Assembly: GCA_963707215.1 (NCBI GenBank)
Contig: CAVPPB010000003.1
Coordinates: 32,001 to 96,000 of the forward strand
Direction of reading: 5' to 3'
DNA length: 64,000 nucleotides
Origin: an uncultured Chloroflexia bacterium
GTDB taxonomy: Bacteria; Chloroflexota; Limnocylindria; Limnocylindrales; CSP1-4
Shown: positions 8,397-19,032 of the stretch, piece after piece
Numbering within the stretch: the first letter of the stretch is position 1
Layout of the letters: each line of letters opens with the position of its first letter
The notes under the pieces: model-generated
Told to the model about the DNA's origin: nothing
What the model saw: only the letters and a program-made list of their open reading frames with translations
Database searches by the model: none
Made by a program: the position numbers and the translations under genes

Positions 8397-9728
8397 TCAG
8401 GCCAGTGCCGTGTCCGGCGCCCGCCCCTGGCGCGGTTCGTGGCGAGGCTCGTGGACCTGGGTCAGGAGCAGCGCACCCAGCGCGAACAGGACGAGCGCGG
8501 CGAGCATCGCTGCTCGAGCGCCGACGGCCTGGCTGACCGCCGCTCCGGCGACGAACATGATGGCGCCGCCGATCGCGGTGGCGATGGGTCCGTTCGTCGC
8601 CTCGACGATGTTGCTCATCCCCATGTAGCGACCTGCGGACGCCTTGGGGATGATCTCGGTCATCAAGGCCCAATCCACGGCGAGGAAGGCGCCACCACCC
8701 AGTCCGACGATGGCTACCCCGGCCACGGCAATCGGCATGCTGGGAGCCAGTCCGACGATGGTCATCCCGACGGCTCCCGCGCCGGCTGCCATGAAGATCA
8801 CCGGCTTCCGCCCGATCCTGTCCGAGAGCCGGGCTCCAGGAAGCGTCCCGACGACGGTCGCCGTGACGGACGCTGCCAGCGTGATGAGGATCCACATACC
8901 CCGTTCCTGGCCGCCGATGTCGAAGACGCGCGCCATGTAGTAGATGTTCAGGTTCATGAAGAAGCCAACGGCCATCAGGATGCAGAACCTCGACGCCAGG
9001 AGATAGACGTAGTCGCGCTCGCGGAGGATGTCCCGGCCGAAGGTCTCGAGGCCGATGCGTGTCCACGACCTCCCCGCTCGAGCCTTGCCTGGCGGGCCGC
9101 TCGGGACCCAGAGGGCCGTGCCGATCCCGGTCGCGAGGATGATGGTACCCAGCAGGAGCATCGGGACCGTGAAGTCCTCGTCGAATGCTGGTAGGTATCC
9201 GAGGGTCATGATCAGGTAGCCACCGACCAGGCCGAGCGTGATCATCAGGCCCATCAACCCGCTGGCGATGCCGACCTGGCGCTCGGGGACTAGGTCCGGG
9301 ACGAGGCCGGCGAACGGTCCCCTGGCGATGTTCGACGTGAGCTGGAGGAGGACGAAGAAGCCGATGAGGGCGACCACGGAGTCGGCCATGGCCAGGCCCG
9401 CCATCGCCAGGAAGGTCGCGGCGGAGCCAGCCACGATGAAGGGCTTCCGTTTGCCCCACCGCGTCGTCACGTGGTCGCTCACGGAGCCGGCCACGGGCAT
9501 CGTGAGGGCGGCGACCGGCATCGCAACGAGCTCCATGACGATGAGGATCAGCTCCCCTTCGTCTCCGCCGAGCTGCTGGGTCCGTTCCTGCTGGAACACC
9601 TCGAACCCGCCCCAGATCGAGTTCAGGGCGAACCAGAAGATGCTGATCTGGAACAGCTGGACCGCCGACAGGGCGGCGGTCGGGCGCGTCGGCTGGTCCG
9701 GCGTCGATCCCATCGCAGGCGGTTCCAT
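8397..9728 (-). CDS. MFS transporter
   Basis: About 12 hydrophobic segments; GSVSDHVTTRWGKRKPF and LSDRIGRK motif A; start chosen by GGGGAG SD. Confidence 0.9.
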   Translation of the reverse strand: MEPPAMGSTPDQPTRPTAALSAVQLFQISIFWFALNSIWGGFEVFQQERTQQLGGDEGELILIVMELVAMPVAALTMPVAGSVSDHVTTRWGKRKPFIVAGSAATFLAMAGLAMADSVVALIGFFVLLQLTSNIARGPFAGLVPDLVPERQVGIASGLMGLMITLGLVGGYLIMTLGYLPAFDEDFTVPMLLLGTIILATGIGTALWVPSGPPGKARAGRSWTRIGLETFGRDILRERDYVYLLASRFCILMAVGFFMNLNIYYMARVFDIGGQERGMWILITLAASVTATVVGTLPGARLSDRIGRKPVIFMAAGAGAVGMTIVGLAPSMPIAVAGVAIVGLGGGAFLAVDWALMTEIIPKASAGRYMGMSNIVEATNGPIATAIGGAIMFVAGAAVSQAVGARAAMLAALVLFALGALLLTQVHEPRHEPRQGRAPDTALA

Positions 9729-9777
9729 GGCGTCGCTCCCCTGACCTCTCCGACGCACGGCGGGTCCTCGCGTTGCA

Positions 9778-10596
9778 TCACGCACGGCAGGCGTTCCCGT
9801 AGTAGAGCGGCAGGTCGAAGCCGATGTGGGCTGCGATGGGGATCGCGAGCGAGCCGGTCCGCAGGACGATGAGCCCGGCCAGGAGTCCCCCACCGGTCAT
9901 CGCGACCCACAGGAGAGCGGATGGTCCGCCCACGTCGGGTCCTGCCGCATGGGCGAGACCGAACACGACGGCCTGGCCGACGATGGCGACCGGCGCGCCG
10001 AGCACCCGCGTCGTCCACGCCTGGAGACTGCCCCGATAGGCGACTTCCTCCATGAGGCCGTTGCTGACCGCGAACACCGTGGCGGGCAGCAAGGCGATCG
10101 GATCATCCAGCCGCAGATCGATGGGCCCGAAGAACGGCTCGGCGAGCGGCGGGCCGAGGAGCAGGCCCGTAGGCCCAGCGGCGACGAAGGCGAGCGTGGC
10201 GATCAGCCCGACCCGACGGGACGGCCGCCGAAGCCCCAGCTCGCCTGCCCCACCCCCTACGAGCGGCAAGAGGACGGCGACCGCCCCCAACGTGAGGATC
10301 GCCTCGACGAAGCGCCAGGTCGCGAAGGGCGCATCGATCGAGGCACAGGTCGACCCATCCGTGGCCGTGGCCGGCAGGTCGACCAGGCTCCACACCAGGC
10401 TGACGGCTACCGGGATCCCAGCAGCCCACGCCCCGGCCTCCGGGTGCCGTCCACGCGCCCGGAGGACCACGAAGCCCGTCGCCAGGACCGCGAGGCCGAG
10501 GGGGGCGACCGGGCGGACCACCGCGATGAGTGCCAGCAAGGCGAGCGGAATGACGGCCAGGAGCGCGGGACGCGGCGGGAGGCGATCGTCGCGCAT
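9778..10596 (-). CDS. CPBP family intramembrane glutamic endopeptidase (CAAX protease-like)
   Basis: EEVAYRG, FGLAH and AHIGFD motifs in a multi-TM protein. Confidence 0.88.
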   Translation of the reverse strand: MRDDRLPPRPALLAVIPLALLALIAVVRPVAPLGLAVLATGFVVLRARGRHPEAGAWAAGIPVAVSLVWSLVDLPATATDGSTCASIDAPFATWRFVEAILTLGAVAVLLPLVGGGAGELGLRRPSRRVGLIATLAFVAAGPTGLLLGPPLAEPFFGPIDLRLDDPIALLPATVFAVSNGLMEEVAYRGSLQAWTTRVLGAPVAIVGQAVVFGLAHAAGPDVGGPSALLWVAMTGGGLLAGLIVLRTGSLAIPIAAHIGFDLPLYYGNACRA

Positions 10597-10727
10597 CGAG
10601 CGGAGCGTGGGTCCGTGACGGCTCGACCGCAAGGGCCGGAGCGACGGGCCCGGGATCGCGGGGCCGGCCCGTCCCAGGGAGGGGTCGCTGGCGAGCCACG
10701 TCCTCGACGCGGCGGGCACAACGAAGC

Positions 10728-10811
10728 GCCCGAAGGAACCTCAGGTCCGTCACCGGCCCCACAAGAGCAAGCCCCTGCAGCACCGCCGTCGTTCCAGTGG
10801 CCCCTTCGGGC
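10728..10811 (-). ncRNA. Candidate ~84-nt structured small RNA (unassigned)
   Basis: 13-bp closing stem GCCCGAAGGGGCC/GGTTCCTTCGGGC, internal bubble and apical hairpin; TAGATT -10 ends 7 nt before the first stem base. Confidence 0.5.
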
Positions 10812-10852
10812 AAAACCGAATCTACGCGAGCCGAGGGTCCAGGGGAAGAGGG

Positions 10853-10913
10853 TTATCCACGAGTTTCGGATGAACCGGCGGGATCCGACGGTGTTGTCCA
10901 CACGGCGTCCACA
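10853..10913 (+). promoter_or_regulatory. Cluster of three co-oriented DnaA-box-like motifs
   Basis: TTATCCACG (10853), TTGTCCACA (10894), GCGTCCACA (10905). Confidence 0.5.
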
Positions 10914-11515
10914 TCCGGGCGGTCGAGGTAGCGCCCGTCCGGCCCGTCGAGCTCCAGCGCCCAGGTGCTGGCGTCGGGCACGACCGGCCATCCATCGGGA
11001 TCGAGCCGCACGATCTCGGGCTCGGCCCCGACGACACCGAGGCTCCAGGTGTCGTGGGCCCGCCGGGAGACCCGGATCATGACCGGGTCGACGTGCAGGT
11101 AGGGGTCGACGGCCAACCCGGGCACGACCGCGGCCTCCCCCACCCTCGAGGTGGTCTCGAGGCTGCGCGCCAGGGCCGCCAGGACCACGATGGAGCCCGG
11201 GACGAGGAGGCCGTGCCGGGAGCTCCACTCCACGGCCACATGGCGCAGGCCGTCGGCGGTCGCGACGTTGCCGTGGACCGCGTCCTCGGCGCGCTCGGGA
11301 TGAAGCGTCAGGAGGCCGCTCGCTGACGTCATCTCGAGCCTCGACCAGCGGCCGAGCGGATCGAGCTCGAGCAGGATCCCGAGCGTCCCACCGGCGACCT
11401 CCCGGACCTCGCGCCAGCGTCGGCCTCGCGACCCTTCGGCCACCGACCACCACGCCCGCCGGCCGTCCACCGACAGGCCGTGGCCGGCCTGTCGCAGCCA
11501 GACCTGGTCAGGCAT
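10853..11515 (-). CDS. Hypothetical protein translationally coupled to hflX
   Basis: ATG overlaps the hflX 3' end; Trp-rich, globular-looking sequence ([15 protein letters not shown]...GLLTLHPE). Confidence 0.65.
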   Translation of the reverse strand: MPDQVWLRQAGHGLSVDGRRAWWSVAEGSRGRRWREVREVAGGTLGILLELDPLGRWSRLEMTSASGLLTLHPERAEDAVHGNVATADGLRHVAVEWSSRHGLLVPGSIVVLAALARSLETTSRVGEAAVVPGLAVDPYLHVDPVMIRVSRRAHDTWSLGVVGAEPEIVRLDPDGWPVVPDASTWALELDGPDGRYLDRPDVDAVWTTPSDPAGSSETRG

Positions 11516-12866
11516 CGCCGGGGGTCCGAGAAGGTCGGTCGGCCTCGATCCCGACGTCCTCCGGTACGTCGAGGGTCGCCGTCGCGCGTCCGGCCGCCGC
11601 GAGCAGCTCGGCTGCGAGCTCCGGGGGCACGCGCCCACGGACCCGGACGTCGCGGGCCCGGTAGTCCAGGTCGACCGTGCCCCGTTCGCGAACGCGGGCC
11701 AGGAGCTCGCCGGCGGTGTATGGCACGGCCGCGTCGACGTCGACCCAGATCGATGCCAGCAGCGCCGCGATCTCACCGCGGAGGGTCTCGAGGCCATAGC
11801 CCGTCAAGGCGGAGACGAGCACGGATCCGGCGATGGCGGGGGCCGGGGTCGTGCCGTCGGAAGCCGCAGCGTCGAGCAGGTCGACCTTGTTGAAGACGAC
11901 GAGCCTCGGCTTGTCGCCGGCGCCGAGCTCGTCGAGGACGGTCTGGACCGTCGCGCGGTGTTCGGTGAAGTGGGGGTCGGCGGCGTCCACGACCTCCAGG
12001 AGGATGTCCGCCCGATTGACCTCTTCGAGCGTCGCCCGGAAGGCGTCGACCAGCTGGTGCGGCAGCTTGTGGATGAAGCCGACGGTGTCCGTGAGGATCA
12101 CCGACTGGCCCTCGCCGAGCCGGACGAGTCGGCTCGTGGGGTCGAGCGTCGCGAAGAGTCGATCCTCGGCCAGGGCGACGTCGCTGCCGACCATGGAGTT
12201 GAGGAGGGTGCTCTTGCCCGCGTTCGTGTAGCCGACGATCGACACGGTGGGGATCCGTCGTCGGTCGCGTCCGCGGCTCGCGGTGGCCCGCTGCTGGCGG
12301 ACCTGCTCCACCCGCTCCCGCATCTTCTTGATCCGCTCGCGGATGATCCGCCGGTCGGTCTCGAGCTGGGACTCGCCCGGCCCCCGGGTCCCGATCCCTC
12401 CGCCGGTCCGCGACAGGTGGGTCCACATGCGCGTGAGCCTGGGCAGCTGGTACTCGAGCTGGGCGAGCTCGACCTGGAGCCGCCCTTCGTGGGTCCGGGC
12501 ATGCAGGGCGAAGATGTCCAGGATGAGGCGGCTGCGGTCGATGACCTTGACCTTGAGGAGCTCCTCGAGGGCTCGCTGCTGGGCGGGGCTCAGCTCGTCG
12601 TCGGCGACCAGGACGTCGAAGCCGGTCTCCCGCTTGGCGGCCAGGAGCTCCTCCGCCTTGCCCTTGCCCACGTACCAGTTCGGATCGACGTGACGACGGT
12701 TCTGCCACTCTGCGCCGACGACCTCGGCCCCCGCGGTGTCGGCGAGGCTCGCCAGCTCAGCGAGGGACTCCGGGGCCGACCAGCCCTCCGCCGACCCGGT
12801 GTCGACGGCGACGAGGAAGGCCTTCTCCCGGGGCGGCTCGAGCTCGATCAGCCGTTCACGACCCAT
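11508..12866 (-). CDS. hflX: GTPase HflX
   Basis: [62 protein letters not shown]. Confidence 0.97.
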   Translation of the reverse strand: MGRERLIELEPPREKAFLVAVDTGSAEGWSAPESLAELASLADTAGAEVVGAEWQNRRHVDPNWYVGKGKAEELLAAKRETGFDVLVADDELSPAQQRALEELLKVKVIDRSRLILDIFALHARTHEGRLQVELAQLEYQLPRLTRMWTHLSRTGGGIGTRGPGESQLETDRRIIRERIKKMRERVEQVRQQRATASRGRDRRRIPTVSIVGYTNAGKSTLLNSMVGSDVALAEDRLFATLDPTSRLVRLGEGQSVILTDTVGFIHKLPHQLVDAFRATLEEVNRADILLEVVDAADPHFTEHRATVQTVLDELGAGDKPRLVVFNKVDLLDAAASDGTTPAPAIAGSVLVSALTGYGLETLRGEIAALLASIWVDVDAAVPYTAGELLARVRERGTVDLDYRARDVRVRGRVPPELAAELLAAAGRATATLDVPEDVGIEADRPSRTPGDA

Positions 12867-12870
12867 GGGC

Positions 12871-13857
12871 TCAGGATACCCGGGCCGGCCCGCGGCGCCG
12901 GGCCATGAGCCGGCGAACGGAGGCCAGGGCGGCCGGCAGCGGGTCCGCGGTAGGATCGAGCCACACGATGTCCGGCTCGCTTCGGAACCAGGTCCGCTGA
13001 CGGCGAGCGAAGGCGACATTGCGCCTCGCATCCAGGTCGACCGCCTGGTCCAGGTCCACCCGACCGTCGAGGAGCGCGAACGCTTCCCGATAGCCGATGG
13101 CGCTGAAGGCGGGCAGGTCCGGGTCCCACCGCTCCCGGAGGGCTCGCGCCTCGTCCACGAGACCGTGCTCGAACTGCCCGCGGGCCCGCGTCGCGATCCA
13201 CTCCCGATGGACCGCGGGCGGCGCATCCAGGCCGATCCAAGCGCTGCGACCCGGATAGCCGTACGGGACCGGGAGCGGGCCGTCGCCGCGGAGGAGCGCG
13301 ATCTCGAGGGCACGCGTGACGCGACGCGGGTTGCGCAGGTCCGTCCGCGAGGCAAGGGACGGGGCCGCCGCGCGGAGCCGTGCGACCTGGGCCTCCGGGC
13401 CTTGCTCGGCCAGGTCCCGCTCGAGCTCCTTGCGGAGCCCGGCATCGGACGGCAGGGCGTCGAGCGCTAAGCCGCGGGCGATGGCCCGGAGGTAGAGGCC
13501 GGTGCCGCCCACCAGCAGGGCCAGCGCACCTCGTTCGGCGATCCCGGCCAGGGCGGTCGCGACATGCTCGGCATAGTTGGCCACGCTGAAGCGAATGTCG
13601 GGATCGACGAGGTCCAGGCCATGGTGACGGACGCTGGCTCGGGTCGCCCGATCGACCTTCGCGGTGCCGATGTCGAGCCCCCGGTACACCTGCCGAGCAT
13701 CGGCGGAGACGACCTCGGCGTCGGCGCCCTCGGTGGCGAGCGCCTCGACGAGCCGCAGCGAAAGACCGGTCTTGCCGGTCGCCGTGGGCCCGGCGATCAC
13801 CAGCAGCGGTGGCGACGGATCGATGGCTCCGGGCGTGTGGCCTCCCGCGCCGGTCAC
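12871..13857 (-). CDS. miaA: tRNA dimethylallyltransferase
   Basis: [46 protein letters not shown]. Confidence 0.97.
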   Translation of the reverse strand: MTGAGGHTPGAIDPSPPLLVIAGPTATGKTGLSLRLVEALATEGADAEVVSADARQVYRGLDIGTAKVDRATRASVRHHGLDLVDPDIRFSVANYAEHVATALAGIAERGALALLVGGTGLYLRAIARGLALDALPSDAGLRKELERDLAEQGPEAQVARLRAAAPSLASRTDLRNPRRVTRALEIALLRGDGPLPVPYGYPGRSAWIGLDAPPAVHREWIATRARGQFEHGLVDEARALRERWDPDLPAFSAIGYREAFALLDGRVDLDQAVDLDARRNVAFARRQRTWFRSEPDIVWLDPTADPLPAALASVRRLMARRRGPARVS

Positions 13858-15530
13858 GCCGGCTGATCGGCCAGCGCCGTGCCCCGGAGCGAGTACGGGC
13901 CAGCGTGGTCGATCCGGACGTCGACGAACCGACCCAGCAGCCCGGGCTCCCCCGCGAGATGGACGAGCTTGTTGTGGCGGGTCCGCCCGGCCAGGCGGAC
14001 CTGACCCGGCGCCATGGCGGTCCGGGCCGGGCCGGCGTCGTCCGACGGCCCGTCGCCATCGTCGTGCTCGTGGGACGGATCGCGGGTCACGGCATCGACG
14101 AGGACCTCGACGGTGCGGCCGAGCCAGGCTCGGTTCCGGTCGTGGCCGATCCGCTCCTGGACCGCTAGCAGCTCGTTGAGTCGCCGACGCTTCTCGGCCG
14201 GCGGGACGTCGTCCACCAGGCGGGTCGCCGGCGTGCCCGGGCGCTCCGAGTAGGCGGCGGCGAAGACCTGGTCGAAGCCCACCACGCCGAGGAGCTCCAG
14301 CGTCGCCTCGAACTCGGCCGCGGTCTCGCCGCAGAACCCGACGATGACGTCGGTCGAGACGGCGATGCCAGGGACGGCCAGGCGGATCGACTCGAGTCGC
14401 TCGAGGTAGTGGTCGATGGTGTACTGCCGGCCCATCCTCCGGAGCATCCCGTCCGACCCGGACTGGACCGGCAGGTGGAGGTGCTCGCAGACGCTTCGGG
14501 CGGTCGCCAGCGCCCCGATGAGCCGGTCAGAGAGATCCCAGGGATGGGAGGTCACGAAGCGGAGCCTCGGGATCGCCGGCCGTCCCTCGGTGTCGACGAG
14601 CGCGTCGATGCCGAGGATGAGCGCGGCCAGGTCCGGCCGGCCATCGCGGTCGAGGCGTCGCCCGGTCCGTCGGGCCTCCCCTATGTGAGCGAACCGTACC
14701 TCGGCGGGCAGGTCGTGCCCGTAGCTGTTGACGTTCTGGCCGAGCAGGGTGACCTCGCGGTAGCCGGCCTCGGCGAGGGTCGCCGCCTCGGCCAGGACCT
14801 CGTCGTAGGGGCGCGATCGCTCCGGTCCCCGACTGAAGGGGACGATGCAGTAGGTGCAGGTCTTGTCGCAGCCGTAGACGATCGGCAGCCAGGCCGAGAT
14901 GGAGGACTCCCGGGCGATCCCGCCGCCGGCCACGGCGGTCGCCCTGGACCCGGCGAGATTGATGGCGTCCGAGACCGGGACCCGGCCGACCGTCGTCGTG
15001 GCGGCCACGCCGAGTGGCCCCCCGACGGCCGCCTGGGCGGAGTCGAGCCCGAGGCGATCGACGAGCTCAGGCTCCTCGTCGGGCCGGAGGAACAGGTCGA
15101 CGGACGGGAAGCGTCGGGCGAGGCCCGGCCGGTCACGCTCCCTGACAGCGCAGCCGGTGAGGACGACGCGCAGTCCCGGCCGGGCGGCCTTGAGCCGGGC
15201 GAGATGTCCCTGGCGGCCGATGACCTTGGCCTCGGCCGCCTCCCGGATGGCGCATGTGTTGATGACGACCAGCTCCGCCGCGTCCATCGTGGAAGCTTCC
15301 GGACAGCCGGCCGCGAGCAGGCGGCCGGCCATCTCCTCCGAATCGGACCGGTTCATCTGGCAGCCGAGGGTCCAGATCCAGAAGGACGGCAACGCTCGGG
15401 CGTCGGGTCGGAACTCGTGGAGCCGTGCGTCGGGAGCGACGAACGGCGCCCGCGGCGCTACCTGGCCCCAGGCCGAGGGGAGGTCGAGGACGGGGAGGGC
15501 GGGGCGAGGGCCGGAAGGGCTCTGGGTCAT
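13854..15530 (-). CDS. miaB: tRNA-2-methylthio-N6-dimethylallyladenosine synthase (radical SAM)
   Basis: TLGCQMN, NTCAIRE, GCDKTCTYC, LLGQNVNSYG, HLPVQSG; TRAM domain GRTRHNKLV. Confidence 0.95.
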   Translation of the reverse strand: MTQSPSGPRPALPVLDLPSAWGQVAPRAPFVAPDARLHEFRPDARALPSFWIWTLGCQMNRSDSEEMAGRLLAAGCPEASTMDAAELVVINTCAIREAAEAKVIGRQGHLARLKAARPGLRVVLTGCAVRERDRPGLARRFPSVDLFLRPDEEPELVDRLGLDSAQAAVGGPLGVAATTTVGRVPVSDAINLAGSRATAVAGGGIARESSISAWLPIVYGCDKTCTYCIVPFSRGPERSRPYDEVLAEAATLAEAGYREVTLLGQNVNSYGHDLPAEVRFAHIGEARRTGRRLDRDGRPDLAALILGIDALVDTEGRPAIPRLRFVTSHPWDLSDRLIGALATARSVCEHLHLPVQSGSDGMLRRMGRQYTIDHYLERLESIRLAVPGIAVSTDVIVGFCGETAAEFEATLELLGVVGFDQVFAAAYSERPGTPATRLVDDVPPAEKRRRLNELLAVQERIGHDRNRAWLGRTVEVLVDAVTRDPSHEHDDGDGPSDDAGPARTAMAPGQVRLAGRTRHNKLVHLAGEPGLLGRFVDVRIDHAGPYSLRGTALADQPA

Positions 15531-16453
15531 CGGTGGTCGGCGGCGACGCGGCGGGCCAGGTCGGCGCCCACCGTGGCGGGGATGCGGAGATCGGCCAGGC
15601 GATCGGCGTAGGATCCGTCATCGCCATGGTAGTCGGTCCCGCCGGTGGCCAGGAGTCCGAGGTCGGCCGCGGTCCGGGCGAGATCGGCGATGGTCGCGTC
15701 GTCGAAGGAGCGGTAGTGGACCTCAAGCCCGGCGAGGCCCGCCTCGCGGAGCTCGGCCAGGACGTCCAGGCGCCGCGGTGCTTCGGCGAAGTGGGCCAGC
15801 ACCGCGATGCCGCCTGCGGCGCGGATCGCCGCGATGGCTTCGACAGGTCCGAGGCCCTGGCGAGGCAGATAGCCCGGCCGGCCTCGTGCCAGGACGCGGG
15901 AGAAGGCATCCTCGACGCTGCTGGCGTGGCCCGCCGCCACCAGCGCCCTGGCGGCCGTGGGTCGCCCGAGGGCGTCCTCGTCGTCGGGCACCAGCCCCTC
16001 GAGCTCTCGGTCGACGGGGAGGCCGAGTTCCCGCAGCCGCGCCACGATCGCCTCGAAGCGCCGGCGACGTCCGGACCGCTGCGCCGACAGGGTCGCCTCG
16101 AAGCGGTCGTCGTCGGGATCCATGCCGTAGCCGAGGATGTGGAGCTCGCCCTCCCCTTCCCCACCATCGACGCCGGGTCCGACCGCGTTGATCTCGACGC
16201 CGACGACCAGGTCGAGCGATGCCGCGCCCGCGGATCCGCCTGTGCCGCACAGGTCATGGATCCCGGCGAGCGTGTCGTGGTCGGTGATGGCGAGGGTCCG
16301 GATGCCCGCCGTGGCCGCCTGGCGAACGAGCTCGTCGGGGGCAAGCAAGCCGTCCGAGCGGCTCGTGTGGGTGTGGAGGTCGACCTCCGGGGCTCCGCGG
16401 CCCGGGTCGAGTCTTCCCGGGGCGGGACCGTGGCGGCCCGCCGTGGGTGGCAC
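15527..16453 (-). CDS. PHP domain phosphoesterase (TrpH-like)
   Basis: DLHTHTSRSDG, AITDHDT, HILGY, GGTDYHG. Confidence 0.92.
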   Translation of the reverse strand: MPPTAGRHGPAPGRLDPGRGAPEVDLHTHTSRSDGLLAPDELVRQAATAGIRTLAITDHDTLAGIHDLCGTGGSAGAASLDLVVGVEINAVGPGVDGGEGEGELHILGYGMDPDDDRFEATLSAQRSGRRRRFEAIVARLRELGLPVDRELEGLVPDDEDALGRPTAARALVAAGHASSVEDAFSRVLARGRPGYLPRQGLGPVEAIAAIRAAGGIAVLAHFAEAPRRLDVLAELREAGLAGLEVHYRSFDDATIADLARTAADLGLLATGGTDYHGDDGSYADRLADLRIPATVGADLARRVAADHR

Positions 16454-16458
16454 TGGGG

Positions 16459-17352
16459 TCAGGCCTCGACGACCTGCTGGATCCGGACGATCGCCAGGGC
16501 TCGACCCGTGGCCGGATCCACGTCGACCTGGGTCGCCTGGACGACGACCGGTCCCTGGCCCACCTCGAACCGGGTCGGCAGCGCGTTGACGAAGCGGGGC
16601 AGGACGGTCCGTGGCTCGAACCCGATGACGCTGTGGAGCGGCCCGGTCATCCCCAGGTCGGACTGGTAGGCGGTTCCGCCGGGAAGGATCCGCTCGTCCC
16701 CGGTGACCACATGGGTATGCGTGCCGACCACCACGCTTGCCCGGCCGTCGAGGTAGAGCCCCATCGCCGTCTTCTCCGAGGTGATCTCGCAGTGGAAGTC
16801 CACCAGGCGGATCGTCGGCAGGGGCTCGGAACCCACGTCGAGCAGGCGATCTGCCTCCGTGAACGGGTTGTCGATCGGCTGCATATACGTCCGGCCCTGG
16901 AGGTTGATCACGGCGATCTCGGTGCCGTCCGTCGCGTGGAAGACACCCCAGCCTCGCCCCGGCACCTCGTGGGAGCCGTAGTTGAGCGGGCGCAGGATGC
17001 GCTCCTCCCGCTCGAGGACGGGGTAGATCTCGCGCTTGTCCCAGATGTGGTTGCCCGACGTGATGACGTCGACGCCGGCGTCGAAGAGGGCGGCGGCGGT
17101 GGACTCCGTGAGACCCATGCCTCCGGCAAGGTTCTCGCCGTTGGCGGTGACCAGGTCGATCCCCCGGTCTGCGCGAAGACCCGGCAGCACGTGCTCGACA
17201 GCGATCCGCCCCGGCTTGCCGATGACGTCCCCGATGAGCAGCACCCTGATCGATCCGCGCGGGCGCTCCGGGTCACTGTTGACGGGCCGACCGAGCAGCG
17301 TCCGGCCGGCGTCAGCGGCGTCTACGGCTGACCCCCGTCGCTCACTTGGCAA
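16459..17352 (-). CDS. ymdB: TIGR00282 / YmdB-like metallophosphoesterase (start uncertain)
   Basis: [48 protein letters not shown]; directly downstream of rny. Confidence 0.92.
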   Translation of the reverse strand: MPSERRGSAVDAADAGRTLLGRPVNSDPERPRGSIRVLLIGDVIGKPGRIAVEHVLPGLRADRGIDLVTANGENLAGGMGLTESTAAALFDAGVDVITSGNHIWDKREIYPVLEREERILRPLNYGSHEVPGRGWGVFHATDGTEIAVINLQGRTYMQPIDNPFTEADRLLDVGSEPLPTIRLVDFHCEITSEKTAMGLYLDGRASVVVGTHTHVVTGDERILPGGTAYQSDLGMTGPLHSVIGFEPRTVLPRFVNALPTRFEVGQGPVVVQATQVDVDPATGRALAIVRIQQVVEA

Positions 17353-18877
17353 ACTCCACGGCCCGGGTCTCGCGGATCACCGTCACCTTGATCTGGCCCG
17401 GGTAGGTCAGCTGCTCCTCGATCTTCTTCACGATGTCGCGGGCGAGGCGCCCGGCGGTCAGATCGTCGATCTCCTCGGGGCGGACCAGGATGCGGACCTC
17501 GCGGCCGGCCTGGACGGCGAAGGTCCGCTCGACGCCGGCGAAGCCGCCGGCGATGGCCTGGAGGTCCTCGAGCCGCTTGATGTACGTCTCGACGGACTCA
17601 CCTCGCGCGCCCGGCCGTGAGGCGCTGATAGCGTCGGCGACCTGGACGATCGGAGCCTCGAGGCAGGCGAACTCGACCTCCTGGTGGTGGGCGGCGATGC
17701 CGTTGACGACCTTGAACGGGAGCTCGTTCCGCTGGGCGATCTGGGCGCCGATGGCGGCGTGCGGCCCCTCCACCTCGTGGTCGACGGCCTTGCCGATGTC
17801 GTGGAGCAGGCCGCCCATCTTGGCAGCCGTCACGTCGGCTCCCAGCTCGGCGGCGATGATCGATGCCAGCCGCGCCGTCTCGATGGAGTGGACGAGCACG
17901 TTCTGGCCGTAGCTGGTCCGGAACCGGAGTCGGCCGAGAAGCCGGACGACCTCGGCGGGCAGACCGGGGACGCCGGCGTCGTAGGCCGCTTGGTCGCCCG
18001 CCTGGCGGATGACGAGCTCGACCTCGGCACTCGCCTTGCCGACGACCTCCTCGATCCGACCGGGGTGGATCCGCCCGTCGGCGATGAGCTTGGTGAGGGC
18101 GATCCGGGCGATCTCCCGACGGACCGGGTCGAAGCCCGAGATGACGACCGTCTCCGGCGTGTCGTCGATGATGAGGTCGACGCCGGTCGCCTGCTCCAGG
18201 GCCCTGATGTTCCGTCCTTCACGGCCGATGATCCGACCCTTCATCTCGTCGGATGGCAGATGGACTGCGGTGACGGTGTGCTCGGCCGTGTGGTCGGCGG
18301 CGACCCGCTGCATGGCGGTCACGATGACCTCGCGGGCCCGATCCTGGGCCTCCTCGCGAGCCCGCCGCTCGATGGACCGGGCGAGCTTGACGGCATCGTG
18401 CTCGGCCTCCTCGCGGACCGCCTCGACCAGCATGGCTCGGGCGTCCTCGGCCGAGAGGCCCGAGACGCGCTCGAGGGCCACGACCTGCTCGCCATGGAGC
18501 CGATCGAGCTCCTCGCGGCTCCGCTCCAGCTCTCGCTCGCGGTCCATGAGCCGACGGTCACGCTGCTCGAGGAGGTCGGTCCGCTCATCGAGTTGCTCGT
18601 CTCGCTGGAGGAGTCGCATCTCCAGCGAAGAGAGCTCGGAGCGCTTCCGGCGGGCCTCCTCTTCGGCTTCACGCTGGAACCGCAGCTTCTCGTCTTTCGC
18701 CTCGAGGATGAGGTCCTTCTGCCGGGTTCGGGCGTCGGCCACGATGCGCTGCGCTTCGGCCTGGGCATTCTTGATGATCTGCGGCGACCAGACCCGGCCG
18801 GCCACCACGAATCCGATGACTGCCCCCACGACGGCAGCCACGACCGCCGCCACGAGGGCGATGATGGGCTCGTTCAA
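17342..18877 (-). CDS. rny: Ribonuclease Y
   Basis: TTG start with GGAGG SD; N-terminal TM, coiled coil, KH motif [16 protein letters not shown] motif LLHDIGK. Confidence 0.97.
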   Translation of the reverse strand: MNEPIIALVAAVVAAVVGAVIGFVVAGRVWSPQIIKNAQAEAQRIVADARTRQKDLILEAKDEKLRFQREAEEEARRKRSELSSLEMRLLQRDEQLDERTDLLEQRDRRLMDRERELERSREELDRLHGEQVVALERVSGLSAEDARAMLVEAVREEAEHDAVKLARSIERRAREEAQDRAREVIVTAMQRVAADHTAEHTVTAVHLPSDEMKGRIIGREGRNIRALEQATGVDLIIDDTPETVVISGFDPVRREIARIALTKLIADGRIHPGRIEEVVGKASAEVELVIRQAGDQAAYDAGVPGLPAEVVRLLGRLRFRTSYGQNVLVHSIETARLASIIAAELGADVTAAKMGGLLHDIGKAVDHEVEGPHAAIGAQIAQRNELPFKVVNGIAAHHQEVEFACLEAPIVQVADAISASRPGARGESVETYIKRLEDLQAIAGGFAGVERTFAVQAGREVRILVRPEEIDDLTAGRLARDIVKKIEEQLTYPGQIKVTVIRETRAVEFAK

Positions 18878-19019
18878 GTTCGTTCGTCCTCCCCTCCGGC
18901 CACGGTCGGAGGTCTTGGCGAGGGGTGGACGGTCCAGGCGCGCTGGGCAGCGCGGGAGCGACCCTCGCCGGCTTTCTCTGCGTCGCGGCGTCCCGGAGGG
19001 ACGCGTTCGTCCTAGCCTA
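18878..19019 (-). promoter_or_regulatory. rny promoter (-10 TAGGCT) and structured ~130-nt 5' leader
   Basis: -10 at 19014-19019; stems at 18988-19004, 18917-18969 and 18893-18912. Confidence 0.5.
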
Positions 19020-19032
19020 CTACGCCCGACCG

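Noticed and set aside
10739-10785. TCAGGTCCG...GCAGC on the + strand resembling SRP RNA helix 8
   Set aside because: The GNRA loop and adjacent GGAAGCAG are missing; G-U pairs and the promoter favour the minus strand
10728-10811. Possible tRNA-Sec or other tRNA-like RNA
   Set aside because: No T-loop GTTCRA, no UCA anticodon loop, no CCA end
10853-10913. oriC
   Set aside because: Only three boxes, no AT-rich unwinding element, no dnaA/dnaN nearby, and genes converge on rather than diverge from this region
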